Positions 1 to 10,180 of a stretch of DNA of 32,865 bases are shown here, piece after piece. The translations under genes and the position numbers were made by a program. Source of the stretch: Pseudomonadota bacterium. Its GTDB lineage: Bacteria; Pseudomonadota; Gammaproteobacteria; Burkholderiales; Gallionellaceae. How positions within the stretch are numbered: the first letter of the stretch is position 1; every line of letters begins with the position of its first letter. The stretch is taken from positions 1 through 32,865 of the forward strand of contig JAJXWG010000001.1 in assembly GCA_021781695.1 (NCBI GenBank). The letters are read 5' to 3'. Under the pieces are notes generated by a model. The model was not told the origin of the DNA, searched no databases, and saw only the letters and a program-made list of their open reading frames with translations.

Positions 1-518
1 TCGCCCAGATAAATCTGGTTGATGTACAGCTGCAGGATTTCATCCTTGGAAAGATAGTGTTCGATCTTGAAGGCCAGCAGCATTTCATTGAATTTGCGCG
101 TGAAAGTCTTTTCCTTGGAGAGGAAAAAATTTCTGGCAACTTGCATGGTAATGGTGCTGGCCCCCTGCTTGCTTGAGCCGCCTGTCAGATCCGAAAGTGC
201 TGCGCGCACCACGCCCATGTAATCCACGCCGCCATGCTGATAGAAGCGGTCGTCTTCGGCTGCGAGTATCGCGTGTTTCATGTTGTCTGGAACATCGGCT
301 ATTTTCACCAGAGCCCTGCGCTCTTCGCCGAACTCGCCAAGCAAGGTGCCTTCCGCGCTGTAGACGCGCAGCGGCATTTTCGGATGGTAGTCGGTCAAAA
401 CCTCCAGGGATGGCAGCGTGGGATAGGCCAGTATCACCGCCATGCCGAACAGCAACAAAGGCAGCAGAATCACGGTGAGAACGATGATGAGTGGGAGTAG
501 CCAGCGGCGTGTAGGCAT
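1..518 (-). CDS. mrcA: Penicillin-binding protein 1A (class A PBP), N-terminal part; gene continues beyond the left edge
   Basis: My translation from ATG at 518 (minus): MPTRRWLLPLIIVLTVILLPLLLFG (TM anchor)...AAEDDRFYQHGGVD...GASTITMQVARNFF...RKFNE...KDEILQLYINQIYLG, i.e. the transglycosylase motifs. Divergent from pilM, the usual proteobacterial arrangement. Confidence 0.95.
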   Translation of the reverse strand, partial: MPTRRWLLPLIIVLTVILLPLLLFGMAVILAYPTLPSLEVLTDYHPKMPLRVYSAEGTLLGEFGEERRALVKIADVPDNMKHAILAAEDDRFYQHGGVDYMGVVRAALSDLTGGSSKQGASTITMQVARNFFLSKEKTFTRKFNEMLLAFKIEHYLSKDEILQLYINQIYLG

Positions 519-603
519 TGAATAGTTGCTCAAAAATAATTAAAAATGGTATTGTTCGCGCGTCATGCAGATTATACGAGATAAATGCACACCTAAAAAC
601 GCC

Positions 604-632
604 TTTACAGCGATGACGGTTGTTGTTAGGAT
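604..632 (+). promoter_or_regulatory. Putative sigma70 promoter of the pilM operon
   Basis: TTTACA (604-609), 17-bp spacer, TAGGAT (627-632), with extended -10 TG at 624-625; 36 bp upstream of the pilM ATG. Confidence 0.55.
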
Positions 633-668
633 TTCATCCACTTTATACGGAAGTATTCCGAACGGCCT

Positions 669-1769
669 ATGCCAAAAGTAAATTTCGATACTTTGCTGGA
701 TTTCATCCAGTCTAAAACGCCACCTCTCATTGGAGTGGATATCAGTTCATCATCGGTCAAGCTGGTTGAGCTTAGCCTGTCACCGAACAATGCAGGTTAT
801 ACCATCGAACGCTATGCGATAGAGGCATTGCCCAAAGATGCAGTCAGCGACGGCAACATCAATAATCTGGATGCATTGGCGAGAACGCTGCAGCTGGCAT
901 GGAAACATCTGGGCACGAAAATAAAGAATATCAGCGTGGCACTGCCGGCTGCGGCCGTGATCACCAAGAAGATCATGCTCCCGGCCGGCATGCGCGATGA
1001 AGACATGGAATACCAGGTCGAGTCAGAGGCAAATCAGTATATTCCGTTTGCACTGGACGAGGTCAACCTGGACTTTCAGGTGCTTGGCCCTGTGCCCAAC
1101 AATCCCGAGGAGGTGGAGGTGTTGCTGGCCGCCTCGCGCAAGGCGAATGTGGAGGACAGGGTGGCTGCGGCTCAGGCGGCAGGCCTTAATGTGACGGTCG
1201 TGGATGTGGAGCCCTATGCGGCCGAGACTGCATTTTCGCAGATACGCGCGCAGCTGCCGGATAATGCCGAAGACAAATGCGTGGCATTGATCGACATCGG
1301 CGCCACGGTGATGAATGTCAATGTATTGAGAAATGGCAAATCGATCTATACGCGCGACCAGCAGATAGGCGGGGATCAATTGACGCAGCAGATCCAGAAT
1401 ACCTTTGGCTTGTCGGCCGAGCAGGCTGAAGCTGCCAAGCGCAGTGGCGGTTTGCCGGACAACTACGAGAGCGATGTGCTCTCGCCTTTTCGCGAGAGTC
1501 TGGTGATGGAGATCGCCCGCGCTCTGCAATTCTTTTTCACTTCTTCGCAATACAATGAAGTCGATTTCATTATTCTGGCAGGCGGAAGCTCCGTATTGCC
1601 GGGACTGGACGATGCAGTGGCAACTCGAACGCAGGTAAGCACGATGGTGGCAAACCCGTTTGCGCTGATGACACTTTCCAGCAGAATAAAGAGTCGGCAA
1701 CTGCAGGTGGATGCACCGGCGCTGATTGTCGCATGCGGCCTGGCGATGCGGAGGTTTGATCCATCATGA
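669..1769 (+). CDS. pilM: Type IV pilus assembly protein PilM (actin-like fold)
   Basis: IGVDISSSSVK, EANQYIPF..DEVNLDF, ALIDIGAT, LAGGS, ACGLAMR motifs; first gene of the pilMNOPQ cluster. Confidence 0.96.
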   Translation: MPKVNFDTLLDFIQSKTPPLIGVDISSSSVKLVELSLSPNNAGYTIERYAIEALPKDAVSDGNINNLDALARTLQLAWKHLGTKIKNISVALPAAAVITKKIMLPAGMRDEDMEYQVESEANQYIPFALDEVNLDFQVLGPVPNNPEEVEVLLAASRKANVEDRVAAAQAAGLNVTVVDVEPYAAETAFSQIRAQLPDNAEDKCVALIDIGATVMNVNVLRNGKSIYTRDQQIGGDQLTQQIQNTFGLSAEQAEAAKRSGGLPDNYESDVLSPFRESLVMEIARALQFFFTSSQYNEVDFIILAGGSSVLPGLDDAVATRTQVSTMVANPFALMTLSSRIKSRQLQVDAPALIVACGLAMRRFDPS

Positions 1770-2347
1770 TACGTATAAATTTGTTGCCGCATCGCGAAGA
1801 GAAGCGGCGCGCAAGGCAGATCCAGTTTTATTCCCTGAGCGTATTGGCTGTGCTGCTGGGCGTGATCGTTTGGGGGCTGGTGCATATGGCGATCGGCGCC
1901 CGAATCGATTACCAGGATCGGCGCAATGCTTACTTGGAAAAGGAAATAGCGATACTCGACAAGCAGATCGATGAAATCAAGAAGCTGCGTGAACAGACCA
2001 AGATCCTGCTGGAGCGCAAGGATGCGGTAGAAAAGTTGCAGAGCGACCGTTCGAATGTGGTGCATCTGATGGACCAGATGTTGCGCATCCTGCCGGAAGG
2101 GGTTTATCTCAAGTCCATCAAACAGACCGGGGACGACATCAATCTGGTCGGTTATACCCAATCCAATGCGCGCGTCTCGACGCTGATGAAAGCCATCCAG
2201 GATTCGGCCTGGCTTGAATCTCCGAACCTGGTTGTGATCAATGCAACGACTGTGAATGGCGCGCAGATCAGCGAGTTTACGCTGACATTCAAGTTGCGCA
2301 AATCGTTTGGTGCGGATGCAGGCAAGCCAGCTGCCGGAAGGAATTAG
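1766..2347 (+). CDS. pilN: Type IV pilus assembly protein PilN
   Basis: N-terminal INLLP motif, single TM, coiled coil, SNARVSTLM; ATGA overlap with the pilM stop. Confidence 0.95.
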   Translation: MIRINLLPHREEKRRARQIQFYSLSVLAVLLGVIVWGLVHMAIGARIDYQDRRNAYLEKEIAILDKQIDEIKKLREQTKILLERKDAVEKLQSDRSNVVHLMDQMLRILPEGVYLKSIKQTGDDINLVGYTQSNARVSTLMKAIQDSAWLESPNLVVINATTVNGAQISEFTLTFKLRKSFGADAGKPAAGRN

Positions 2348-2352
2348 GTGTC

Positions 2353-2982
2353 ATGATGACTTTTGATGATCTGAAAAACCTGAATCCGAAAACCCCGGGT
2401 GCATGGCCTTGGCCTGCAAAATTGCTGGCGTTTGCAGTAATGTTCATCGCAGTGGTGGCGACAGGCGCCTTGCTGGACTGGCAGGACCAGTGGAACAGGC
2501 TGAAGGGTGCGCAGCAAAAGGAAGAGACGCTCAAGGAGGCTTTCCTGACCAAGAAGAAGGTTGCGGTCAATCTCGACCTGATCAAGAAACAGCTGCTTGA
2601 AACGCAGGAATCATTTGGCGCCTTGTTAAAGCAGTTGCCAAACAAATCAGAGATGGACGAGTTGCTGACAGACATCAATCAGGCAGGTTTGGGCCGTGGG
2701 CTGCAGTTCGATCTGTTCCGTCCTGGCCCTGAAACGATCAAGGGATCCTTTGCGGAACAGCCTATCGCGATCAAGGTCACGGGCAATTACGACGATCTCG
2801 GCAAATTTGCCAGTGATGTTTCCATGCTGCCTCGCATCGTGACGCTGAATGACATTGCGATTTCCCCGGACAAGTCGGGGATGCTGACGATGGACGCCGT
2901 TGCCAAGACATTCCGTTATCTGGATGAAGAAGAAATAGCGGCGCAAAAGAGAGCTGCGAAGGCAACAGGAGCCAAAAAATGA
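2353..2982 (+). CDS. pilO: Type IV pilus assembly protein PilO
   Basis: PGAWP, LLKQLPNKSEM, DINQAGLGRGL, LPRIVTL, AKTFRYLD motifs; position in the operon. Confidence 0.95.
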   Translation: MMTFDDLKNLNPKTPGAWPWPAKLLAFAVMFIAVVATGALLDWQDQWNRLKGAQQKEETLKEAFLTKKKVAVNLDLIKKQLLETQESFGALLKQLPNKSEMDELLTDINQAGLGRGLQFDLFRPGPETIKGSFAEQPIAIKVTGNYDDLGKFASDVSMLPRIVTLNDIAISPDKSGMLTMDAVAKTFRYLDEEEIAAQKRAAKATGAKK

Positions 2983-3500
2983 AGCTAACCTATCTGGCGC
3001 TTGCGTGCGTTCTGCTGGCGGGCTGCGGCGGCGAGGAATTTACAGACCTGCACGATTTCGTGAAGAATGCGGGTACGGACTTGCGCGGAAAGATAGAGCC
3101 GCCACCCAACGTAAAGATGTATGAACCTTTTGTGTATGACAACAGCACGAATCTGGAGAATCCGTTCAAGCCGCGTAAGCCCATCTCGAATACTTCCGGG
3201 AAGCGCGGGGAGAATGAGCCGGACATGAGTCGCCCCAAGGAAGCGCTGGAAGCATTTCCGCTGGAAAACCTGAAAATGGTCGGTTATGTATTCAAAAACA
3301 AGGTGGCGCATGCAGTTGTTCGCGCGCCTGACAAGACGCTGCATACGGTCAAGGCCGGAAACTATATAGGCATGAATTTCGGTTTGATCACCAAGATAAC
3401 CGATACGAAAATCGATATTGAGGAAGAAGTGCAAGACAGCACAGGAGACTGGTCGAAGCGTGAAAACAGTCTGCAATTACTTGAAGGAGTTAAGCAATGA
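2979..3500 (+). CDS. pilP: Type IV pilus assembly lipoprotein PilP
   Basis: Lipobox LLAGC; RPKEALEAFPLENLKMVG and GNYIGMNFG motifs; ATGA overlap with pilO. Confidence 0.95.
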   Translation: MKLTYLALACVLLAGCGGEEFTDLHDFVKNAGTDLRGKIEPPPNVKMYEPFVYDNSTNLENPFKPRKPISNTSGKRGENEPDMSRPKEALEAFPLENLKMVGYVFKNKVAHAVVRAPDKTLHTVKAGNYIGMNFGLITKITDTKIDIEEEVQDSTGDWSKRENSLQLLEGVKQ

Positions 3501-5752
3501 GACAGTACATGATGAATCAGCAAACAGGCGCCATACATGGTTTGGGACGGAATTCACTCATTAAAGGCGCGCTTCGCCTGCTTGGTTTGCTGATGATTTT
3601 CGCCATGGTGCCGGCCCATGCTGACACGCAGAACAGGATCACAGCGTTGAGTGTCAGCGAATCTGCGGCGGGTACAACCGTGCTCAAGGTCGATCTGGAA
3701 AACCCGCTGGGTGCATTGCCTGCGGGATTTACCGTCAATGCCCCTGCACGCATAGCGCTGGATTTCCAGAATACGGCAAATGGCCTTGGCAAGTCTACCC
3801 AGGAATTTTCTGCCGGCGATTTGCGCAGTGCGAATATTGTTCAGGCAGGGGCCAGAACAAGGCTGGTCATCAACCTCGACCACATGATGACCTATGATAC
3901 GCGCATGGAAGGCAATAGCGTCCTTGTCACGATGCATCCTCAGGCTGCAGAGCAGTCCGAGACGGTCAGCAGGTTTGCCGAAGCGGCACCGGGCGTGCAA
4001 AAACACGCGCTGACCGGCGTCGATTTCCATCGCGGGAAAAATGGCGAGGGTCGTATACAGGTCGATCTTTCCGATTCGGGCGTGGGCATAGACATACACC
4101 GCCAGGGCACCAAGCTGATCGTGGATTTCCTGAAAGCCAACCTGCCGAAAAATCTGCAACGCAAGCTGGATGTGGTTGACTTTGCAACCCCTGTGCAATC
4201 GGTGGACACCTTTACCCAGGGCAGCAATGTGCGCATGGTGATTGATCCCAAGGGAAACTGGGAGCATGCAGCCTACCAGACTGACAAAAAATTCATCGTT
4301 GAAGTCAAACCGGTAGTCGAGGACCCAAGCAAGCTGACCAAGGGGCCGGGTTATACCGGCGAGAAGCTGACGCTCAATTTCCAGGACATATCGGTGCGCG
4401 AAGCGCTGAACGTGATTGCTGACTTTACCAACAAGAATATGGTCATCAGCGACAGCGTAACGGGCAATCTGACGCTGCGACTGAAGGATGTTCCATGGGA
4501 TCAGGCGCTGGATATCATTTTGCAAAGCCGCGGACTTTCCATGCGGGCGAATGGCAACGTGATCCAGGTGGCGCCGACCGCAGAGATGGCTGCATCCGAG
4601 AAGAATAATTTGACAGCGCGTCAGGAGGTTTCGGAGCTGGAAGAACTGCATACGGAAAGTTTCCAGCTGGGTTATCAGACCGCATCATCGGTCGCCATGC
4701 TGTTGAATGGCGTCTCGATTGCAGCACCTGGTGCGCCGGCAGCAACACCCATGCCCGGAACATCGGCTCAGCAGAGCGTGCCGCTGCGTATTTTGTCAAA
4801 GCGCGGCAGTGCAATTGCTGACGGTCGGACCAACACCCTGTTTGTCAACGATACGCCGTCGCGTCTGGATGACGTACGCAAACTGATCAAGCAGATCGAT
4901 GTGCCTGCAAAACAGGTGCTGATCGAGGCGCGCGTCGTTCAGGCACACGACGGGTTTGCCCAGAATCTGGGCGTGAGGCTTGGCTATACAGGGGCCGGTC
5001 CGGGAGCAACTGGCGGCAACAGCCCCAGGTTGCAGCTGACCGGTGCGGGCGGCATCGGCGGTCTGGGTCTTGCTAATCCAGCCAGTGCGGGTGGAGTACA
5101 AGGCGTAACAAACGTAGGTTCAGTATTCACGCCCAGCACAACCAACGTGAACCTGCCTGTTGATCAGGTTGGAAACCCGCAAGCGGGTGTATTCCAGTTC
5201 GCGCTGTTCAATGCAGCCGCCTCCAAGGTATTGAATGTCGAGATCAATGCGATGCAGTCGGATGAAATCGGCAAGATCATTTCCAGTCCACGCGTCGTGA
5301 GCGAAAATAACGATTCGGAATGGGCGGTTGTAGAGCAGGGCCAGGAGCTTCCCTACATCATCAGCACCGTCGCAGGCGGCACGGTGGTCAATACCGTTTC
5401 CTTCAAGGATGCTGTGCTGAAGCTCGGGGTGAAGACAAAGATCACGCCGGACAACAACATAGACATGACAGTCGAGGTCAAGAAAGATTCGGCAGGTGTT
5501 GCGATCTCGGGCGCGATTCCGATCAACACCAACAAGGTAATCACCAAGGTGCTGGTTGAAAACGGCGGCACGGTGGTCATCGGCGGCGTATACACGCAGA
5601 ACGACGACAATGTCGTGAACAAGGTGCCATTGCTGGGGGACATACCCATCCTGGGCGCGCTGTTCAGAAGCAAGGCAGTCTCGTCGGTCAAGGATGAGCT
5701 TCTGGTCTTCCTGTCACCCAAAATCATGCAGGATGCCCTGAACCTGCGCTGA
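3497..5752 (+). CDS. pilQ: Type IV pilus secretin PilQ
   Basis: Signal peptide (..VPAHA/D), two AMIN-like segments, YTGEKLTLNFQDI, DVPWDQALD, QVLIEARVV, secretin signature KVPLLGDIPILGALFR; ATGA overlap with pilP. The start could be the downstream ATG pair (MMNQQ). Confidence 0.96.
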   Translation: MRQYMMNQQTGAIHGLGRNSLIKGALRLLGLLMIFAMVPAHADTQNRITALSVSESAAGTTVLKVDLENPLGALPAGFTVNAPARIALDFQNTANGLGKSTQEFSAGDLRSANIVQAGARTRLVINLDHMMTYDTRMEGNSVLVTMHPQAAEQSETVSRFAEAAPGVQKHALTGVDFHRGKNGEGRIQVDLSDSGVGIDIHRQGTKLIVDFLKANLPKNLQRKLDVVDFATPVQSVDTFTQGSNVRMVIDPKGNWEHAAYQTDKKFIVEVKPVVEDPSKLTKGPGYTGEKLTLNFQDISVREALNVIADFTNKNMVISDSVTGNLTLRLKDVPWDQALDIILQSRGLSMRANGNVIQVAPTAEMAASEKNNLTARQEVSELEELHTESFQLGYQTASSVAMLLNGVSIAAPGAPAATPMPGTSAQQSVPLRILSKRGSAIADGRTNTLFVNDTPSRLDDVRKLIKQIDVPAKQVLIEARVVQAHDGFAQNLGVRLGYTGAGPGATGGNSPRLQLTGAGGIGGLGLANPASAGGVQGVTNVGSVFTPSTTNVNLPVDQVGNPQAGVFQFALFNAAASKVLNVEINAMQSDEIGKIISSPRVVSENNDSEWAVVEQGQELPYIISTVAGGTVVNTVSFKDAVLKLGVKTKITPDNNIDMTVEVKKDSAGVAISGAIPINTNKVITKVLVENGGTVVIGGVYTQNDDNVVNKVPLLGDIPILGALFRSKAVSSVKDELLVFLSPKIMQDALNLR

Positions 5753-5774
5753 CTTCCTGTCAGGAAATGAACAG

Positions 5775-5806
5775 AATCAAGGCCCGGCAAGTCCGGGCTT
5801 TTGATT
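5775..5806 (+). terminator. Hairpin with short U-tract after pilQ (possible weak intrinsic terminator)
   Basis: AATCAA-GGCCCGG-caagt-CCGGGC-TTTTGATT: GC stem followed by TTTT. Confidence 0.5.
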
Positions 5807-5822
5807 GAATCGTATACAATCT

Positions 5823-6383
5823 ATGCAAACAGAAAATGACAGTGCGCGAAAAATTCCGTCAGGCAATCTGATTCTGGTAGGGATGATGGGGTCGGGAAAA
5901 TCCACCATGGGCAGGATACTTGCAAAGCATCTGCACAAGGATTTCGTGGACAGCGATGAGGAGATCCAGCAGCGCACGGGTGTGACGATACCGCACATAT
6001 TCGATGTGGAAGGCGAGTCAGGATTCCGCCAGCGCGAGATGGCGGTATTGGAGTCGCTGTTATGCAGGAATGACCTTGTGCTGGCCACGGGCGGAGGTGC
6101 TGTGCTTTTGGAAAGAAACAGGAAATTGATGATACAGAATGGTATCGTTGTTTATCTCAAAGCAACCGTGCATGACCTATGGCTTAGAACGCGCAACGAC
6201 AAGAACCGCCCTCTGCTGCAAAATACGGATATGCATGCAAGGCTTGCACAATTGCTTGACCAGAGAGACGCGCTCTACCAGCAGGTGGCGGATATCGTGA
6301 TTCCAACAGGCAGGCAGAGCGTGCATGGTCTGATGTTGAAATTGGCCAGTGAAATCGAGACATACCGGAAAAACAACACATGA
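5823..6383 (+). CDS. aroK: Shikimate kinase
   Basis: Walker [33 protein letters not shown] 5823 preferred over the TTG at 5805 in the track; start uncertain. Confidence 0.95.
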   Translation: MQTENDSARKIPSGNLILVGMMGSGKSTMGRILAKHLHKDFVDSDEEIQQRTGVTIPHIFDVEGESGFRQREMAVLESLLCRNDLVLATGGGAVLLERNRKLMIQNGIVVYLKATVHDLWLRTRNDKNRPLLQNTDMHARLAQLLDQRDALYQQVADIVIPTGRQSVHGLMLKLASEIETYRKNNT

Positions 6384-7471
6384 TGCAGACATTGACAGTG
6401 GGGCTGAAAGAACGCAGCTACCCGATACATATCGGCAGCGGTCTGTTGGCGGATGGCGGTTTGTTATCTGCCCATCTGCCTGGCAAGCGCGCTGCCATCG
6501 TGACCAATACGACGGTGGCGCCGCTGTATCTGGAAAAGCTGCAGCGCACCCTGCAAATGATCGGGGTTGACAGCGTCCCTGTCATCCTGCCCGATGGCGA
6601 GGCATACAAGAACACGGAGACGCTCAATCTCATCTACGATGCATTGCTGACCCACCGATGTGAAAGAAAGACGCCACTCATAGCACTGGGGGGCGGCGTG
6701 ATCGGCGACATGACGGGTTTTGCAGCAGCAACGTATCTGCGCGGCGTGCCTTTCATCCAGGTCCCCACCACGCTGCTTTCCCAGGTGGATTCTTCGGTGG
6801 GCGGCAAGACAGGCATCAACCATCCGCTGGGAAAAAACATGATAGGCGCTTTTTACCAGCCTAAACTGGTGCTGGCGGATATCGAAACGCTGGACACCTT
6901 GCCTGACAACGAGCTTTCGGCAGGTCTTGCGGAAATCATCAAGTATGGCCTGATCCGCGATCTGCCCTTTCTTTTTTGGCTGGAACAGAACATGGACAGG
7001 CTGCTTGCGCGCGACAAGGAGGCGCTGCAATATGCAGTGCTTAAAAGCTGCGAGAACAAGGCTGAAGTGGTGGCAGCAGACGAGCGAGAGAGCGGGGAGC
7101 GCGCGTTGCTGAATCTCGGCCACACCTTTGGCCATGCGATCGAATCAGGGATGGGCTATGGCGTATGGCTGCACGGCGAGGCAGTCGCTGCAGGGACTGT
7201 GATGGCGGCCGATCTGTCGCAGCGCATGGGCTGGTTAAGCGCAGCTGACGTTTCGCGTGTGCGGGCACTGCTTGAACGCGCGAAACTGCCTGTTGTCTCC
7301 CCCGATCTTGGCATCGCAAAGTATCTGGAATACATGGGGCATGACAAGAAAGTGGAGGCTGGCAAGCTGCGCTTTGTGCTGCTCAGACAATTGGGCAAGG
7401 CAGAGCTGGTAGGCGATGTGTCACAGGCGTTGCTGGAGAAAACGATAACGGACTGCGTTGAAAAGCCATGA
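6380..7471 (+). CDS. aroB: 3-dehydroquinate synthase
   Basis: [43 protein letters not shown] motifs; ATGA overlap with aroK. Confidence 0.97.
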   Translation: MMQTLTVGLKERSYPIHIGSGLLADGGLLSAHLPGKRAAIVTNTTVAPLYLEKLQRTLQMIGVDSVPVILPDGEAYKNTETLNLIYDALLTHRCERKTPLIALGGGVIGDMTGFAAATYLRGVPFIQVPTTLLSQVDSSVGGKTGINHPLGKNMIGAFYQPKLVLADIETLDTLPDNELSAGLAEIIKYGLIRDLPFLFWLEQNMDRLLARDKEALQYAVLKSCENKAEVVAADERESGERALLNLGHTFGHAIESGMGYGVWLHGEAVAAGTVMAADLSQRMGWLSAADVSRVRALLERAKLPVVSPDLGIAKYLEYMGHDKKVEAGKLRFVLLRQLGKAELVGDVSQALLEKTITDCVEKP

Positions 7472-8604
7472 CAGAGTTTGCCAGCTATGCTGTCAGTGCG
7501 GCCAATTCTCGCGGACGGAAATTTCCGGAAGCAGCACCAGAGGGGCGAAGCGAGTTTCAGCGCGACCGCGACCGCATCATACACTCGGGCGCATTCCGGC
7601 GTCTGGAATACAAGACACAGGTTTTCGTCAACCATGAAGGCGATCTTTTCAGGACGCGCCTGACCCACAGCATTGAAGTGGCACAGATCGCGCGTTCGAT
7701 CGCACGCCATCTTCATCTGAACGAGGACCTGGTCGAGGCGATCTCGCTGGCGCATGATCTGGGCCATACACCATTCGGGCATGCGGGGCAGGATGCGCTC
7801 AATGAATGCATGAAGACCTACGGCGGTTTTGAACACAATCTGCAATCGGTTCGCGTGGTGGATGTATTGGAAGAGCGTTATGCACAGTTTGAAGGCCTGA
7901 ATTTATGTTTCGAAACGCGCGAAGGTATACTCAAGCATTGCCGGATGGAAACGGCAGCCCAGCTTGGGGAGCTGGGCGAACGGTTTATGAACGACCGGCG
8001 CCCTTCGCTTGAGGCGCAAATCGCCAATTTGGCCGATGAAATCGCCTATAACAATCACGATGTGGACGATGGCCTGCGCTCGGGTCTGATCACGCTGGAA
8101 CAGTTGGCTTCAGTGCCGCTGGTGGCAAGACACCTGCAGGATGTGCGTATTGCCTATCCTGACCTTGCCGGAAGGCGCGTGGTGCACGAGATGGTGCGGC
8201 GCATGATCAATACGCTGGTGACCGATCTGATACGGCAGAGCGCTGCCAACATCGAAGCGCAGGGATTGCAGACGCTTGACGACGTGCATTTATCACCTGT
8301 GCTGATTGCATTCAGCGATGAACTGAACCGTCAGCAGCGCGAGCTCAAGAAATTCCTGCATGTGCATTTGTACCGGCATTACCGAGTGATGCGCATGAGC
8401 GCGAAGGCGCATCGCATCGTTCGCGACTTGTTTGACGTTTTCATGGGAGATGCACGGTTGTTGCCTACCCAGTTCCAGGCCAGTGCCATTGAGTCGGAAA
8501 TGAGCCGGGCCAGGGTAGTCGCCGATTATATTGCGGGCATGACAGACCGTTATGCGATTCGCGAGCACAGGCGCATCTTTGCCGTGGAAGAGGATCCGGT
8601 CTGA
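7468..8604 (+). CDS. dgt: Deoxyguanosinetriphosphate triphosphohydrolase (HD family)
   Basis: [57 protein letters not shown]; ATGA overlap with aroB. Confidence 0.94.
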   Translation: MTEFASYAVSAANSRGRKFPEAAPEGRSEFQRDRDRIIHSGAFRRLEYKTQVFVNHEGDLFRTRLTHSIEVAQIARSIARHLHLNEDLVEAISLAHDLGHTPFGHAGQDALNECMKTYGGFEHNLQSVRVVDVLEERYAQFEGLNLCFETREGILKHCRMETAAQLGELGERFMNDRRPSLEAQIANLADEIAYNNHDVDDGLRSGLITLEQLASVPLVARHLQDVRIAYPDLAGRRVVHEMVRRMINTLVTDLIRQSAANIEAQGLQTLDDVHLSPVLIAFSDELNRQQRELKKFLHVHLYRHYRVMRMSAKAHRIVRDLFDVFMGDARLLPTQFQASAIESEMSRARVVADYIAGMTDRYAIREHRRIFAVEEDPV

Positions 8605-8612
8605 AAGTGCGC

Positions 8613-10049
8613 TCAGACGCTGCGCTTTGACAGCGCTGCGCGTTCGAGAAACATGTTTCTTGTGGCAGACAATGCGCTCGAGGCGGCCTCACGCCTGTAG
8701 TCCCATTTTTTCTCATGGGTGGGAGGGTTGATCAGCATGGTTGGATTAGCCTCATACAGCAACAGTTTGCCATTTCCATCGATGCCAAAATCGATGCCGC
8801 AATAGTCAAGTTCAAGCGCCAGGCTTATGCGCATCAGCGCGGTTATTGCGGTTTCCCCAAGATGTCCTTTGAAGTCGCAAAGGAAAGATGCTTCCTCGCT
8901 GCGATAGGCCTCATTTTCTTCCATTTCAGAACTGAAATAATGAACATTCCAGTTCTCGGAAATCGCCATGTGTATGGGGTAAAGCAAACCATTGATGAAC
9001 ATGATTCTGTATTTTCTGAAGAGCTTGTCGGGTGAACGGGAATCGAGATACTCGATCAGCAGAAGATTTTCTCCAGGCAATTCCTTAAAGGCAGACTGCA
9101 AATCATCGCTATTTGTTATGCGGGCAAAATGGTTGCCACCGTGGAAGCCGGGCGAGCGCATCAAGAATGGGTAAGCATATTGGGATAGGATCTCTTGTTT
9201 GGCGTAAAAATCCGCCTTCGCAATGAGGTGCATACGGGAAGATCGCACGCCGGGAAGCGCTGCAAGCCTTGATGCATTGACTATGCGTCCGGTATTGAGA
9301 ACGGTCTCTGGGTTATTGATGACGGGGGTTTGTGATGTTTTTAGCAGATCAATTGATTTTTCTAAAGCCTCACGGCACAGGTCCGCATCGCCGATCGCAT
9401 TGAAGACCAGGTGATGGAAAGGCAACTGGCTGTCGAAATATTCCACTGCGATTATCGTCGTATTAAACATCGAGCGGTCAATCAGAAGTCTCCAGGGGAT
9501 ATTGCCTTCATCGGCTGATGCGAGAACCAGAAGCTGAACAGGTTCAGTCTTCGCGTATGCTGGCAGAATGGAAACGGCATGGTCCCGGAATCCCAGATGC
9601 CTGTGTCTCGTGGATTCTTCGTGATTGCCCTGTCTTCGATATATCGATGACAGCCCGCGATGGGCCTCGGTCATGCCAGGATCAAGCGATAATGCGACAT
9701 CGAAATGTTCCTTGGCCGCTGCCAGTTCATCTCTGTAAAGCAGCGCATTGCCAAGATAGGCATGAGCAGTGGCGCACTGCGGATGATAGTTGACGGCAGC
9801 CGTAAATGCGGTGATTGCGGCAAGCGTATATCCCGTTTCAAAAAGCAGAATGCCCAGATTCACCCATGCATCGAGATGATCTGGCACTATGGTCAGGATA
9901 TCTAGAAAGAAAGCTTTTGCCTGTTCACGGTCTTGTTCGCTGCCTGACAGGGCGAGCGTATTGGCCAATTCAAGCTGCGAGCAGATATTGTCGCTGGAAA
10001 TAGGCATATTTGAATCGGAAGGCTGGGGCATGCTGACCATTCTGGGCAT
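8613..10049 (-). CDS. TPR-repeat protein with C-terminal ATP-grasp (RimK-like) domain, function unknown
   Basis: About four TPR-like repeats (AWVNLGILL, AHAYLGNALL, AHRGLSSIY), then PVINNP, YPFLMRSPGFHGG, LIEYL, KYRIMFING, LDYCGIDF, LYEAN. Start ambiguous (in-frame ATGs at 10049, 10040, 10031, 10007). The track start at 10163 would leave only 17 bp before the divergent kup start. Confidence 0.8.
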   Translation of the reverse strand: MPRMVSMPQPSDSNMPISSDNICSQLELANTLALSGSEQDREQAKAFFLDILTIVPDHLDAWVNLGILLFETGYTLAAITAFTAAVNYHPQCATAHAYLGNALLYRDELAAAKEHFDVALSLDPGMTEAHRGLSSIYRRQGNHEESTRHRHLGFRDHAVSILPAYAKTEPVQLLVLASADEGNIPWRLLIDRSMFNTTIIAVEYFDSQLPFHHLVFNAIGDADLCREALEKSIDLLKTSQTPVINNPETVLNTGRIVNASRLAALPGVRSSRMHLIAKADFYAKQEILSQYAYPFLMRSPGFHGGNHFARITNSDDLQSAFKELPGENLLLIEYLDSRSPDKLFRKYRIMFINGLLYPIHMAISENWNVHYFSSEMEENEAYRSEEASFLCDFKGHLGETAITALMRISLALELDYCGIDFGIDGNGKLLLYEANPTMLINPPTHEKKWDYRREAASSALSATRNMFLERAALSKRSV

Positions 10050-10180
10050 CGTTATGCGCTCACTATGGCATATCGGAACGGTATCTGAAAGACGTGCAAC
10101 ACGAGAATTGCTGCTTAAATTTCGCTTTAGGTGTAAAGTCGCGCCCCATTCTGGGCAAGACAAAATAAACGGGATGTGAA

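Noticed and set aside
173-500. Plus-strand ORFs 173-478 and 234-500
   Set aside because: Antisense shadows of mrcA, which has clear PBP1A motifs on the minus strand.
3554-4651. 365-aa minus-strand ORF inside pilQ
   Set aside because: Antisense to a clear gene, no recognisable motifs; long shadow ORFs are expected in GC-rich coding DNA.
5754-5766. Palindrome TTCCTG-T-CAGGAA right after the pilQ stop
   Set aside because: Only 6-bp arms with a 1-nt centre; could be chance and has no other support.
8613-10049. Graspetide (RiPP) biosynthetic cluster
   Set aside because: No adjacent precursor peptide, transporter or peptidase is visible.
10050-10180. Possible riboswitch upstream of kup
   Set aside because: Short region shared with a divergent gene; only a 4-bp GCCC/GGGC stem and no recognisable aptamer consensus.
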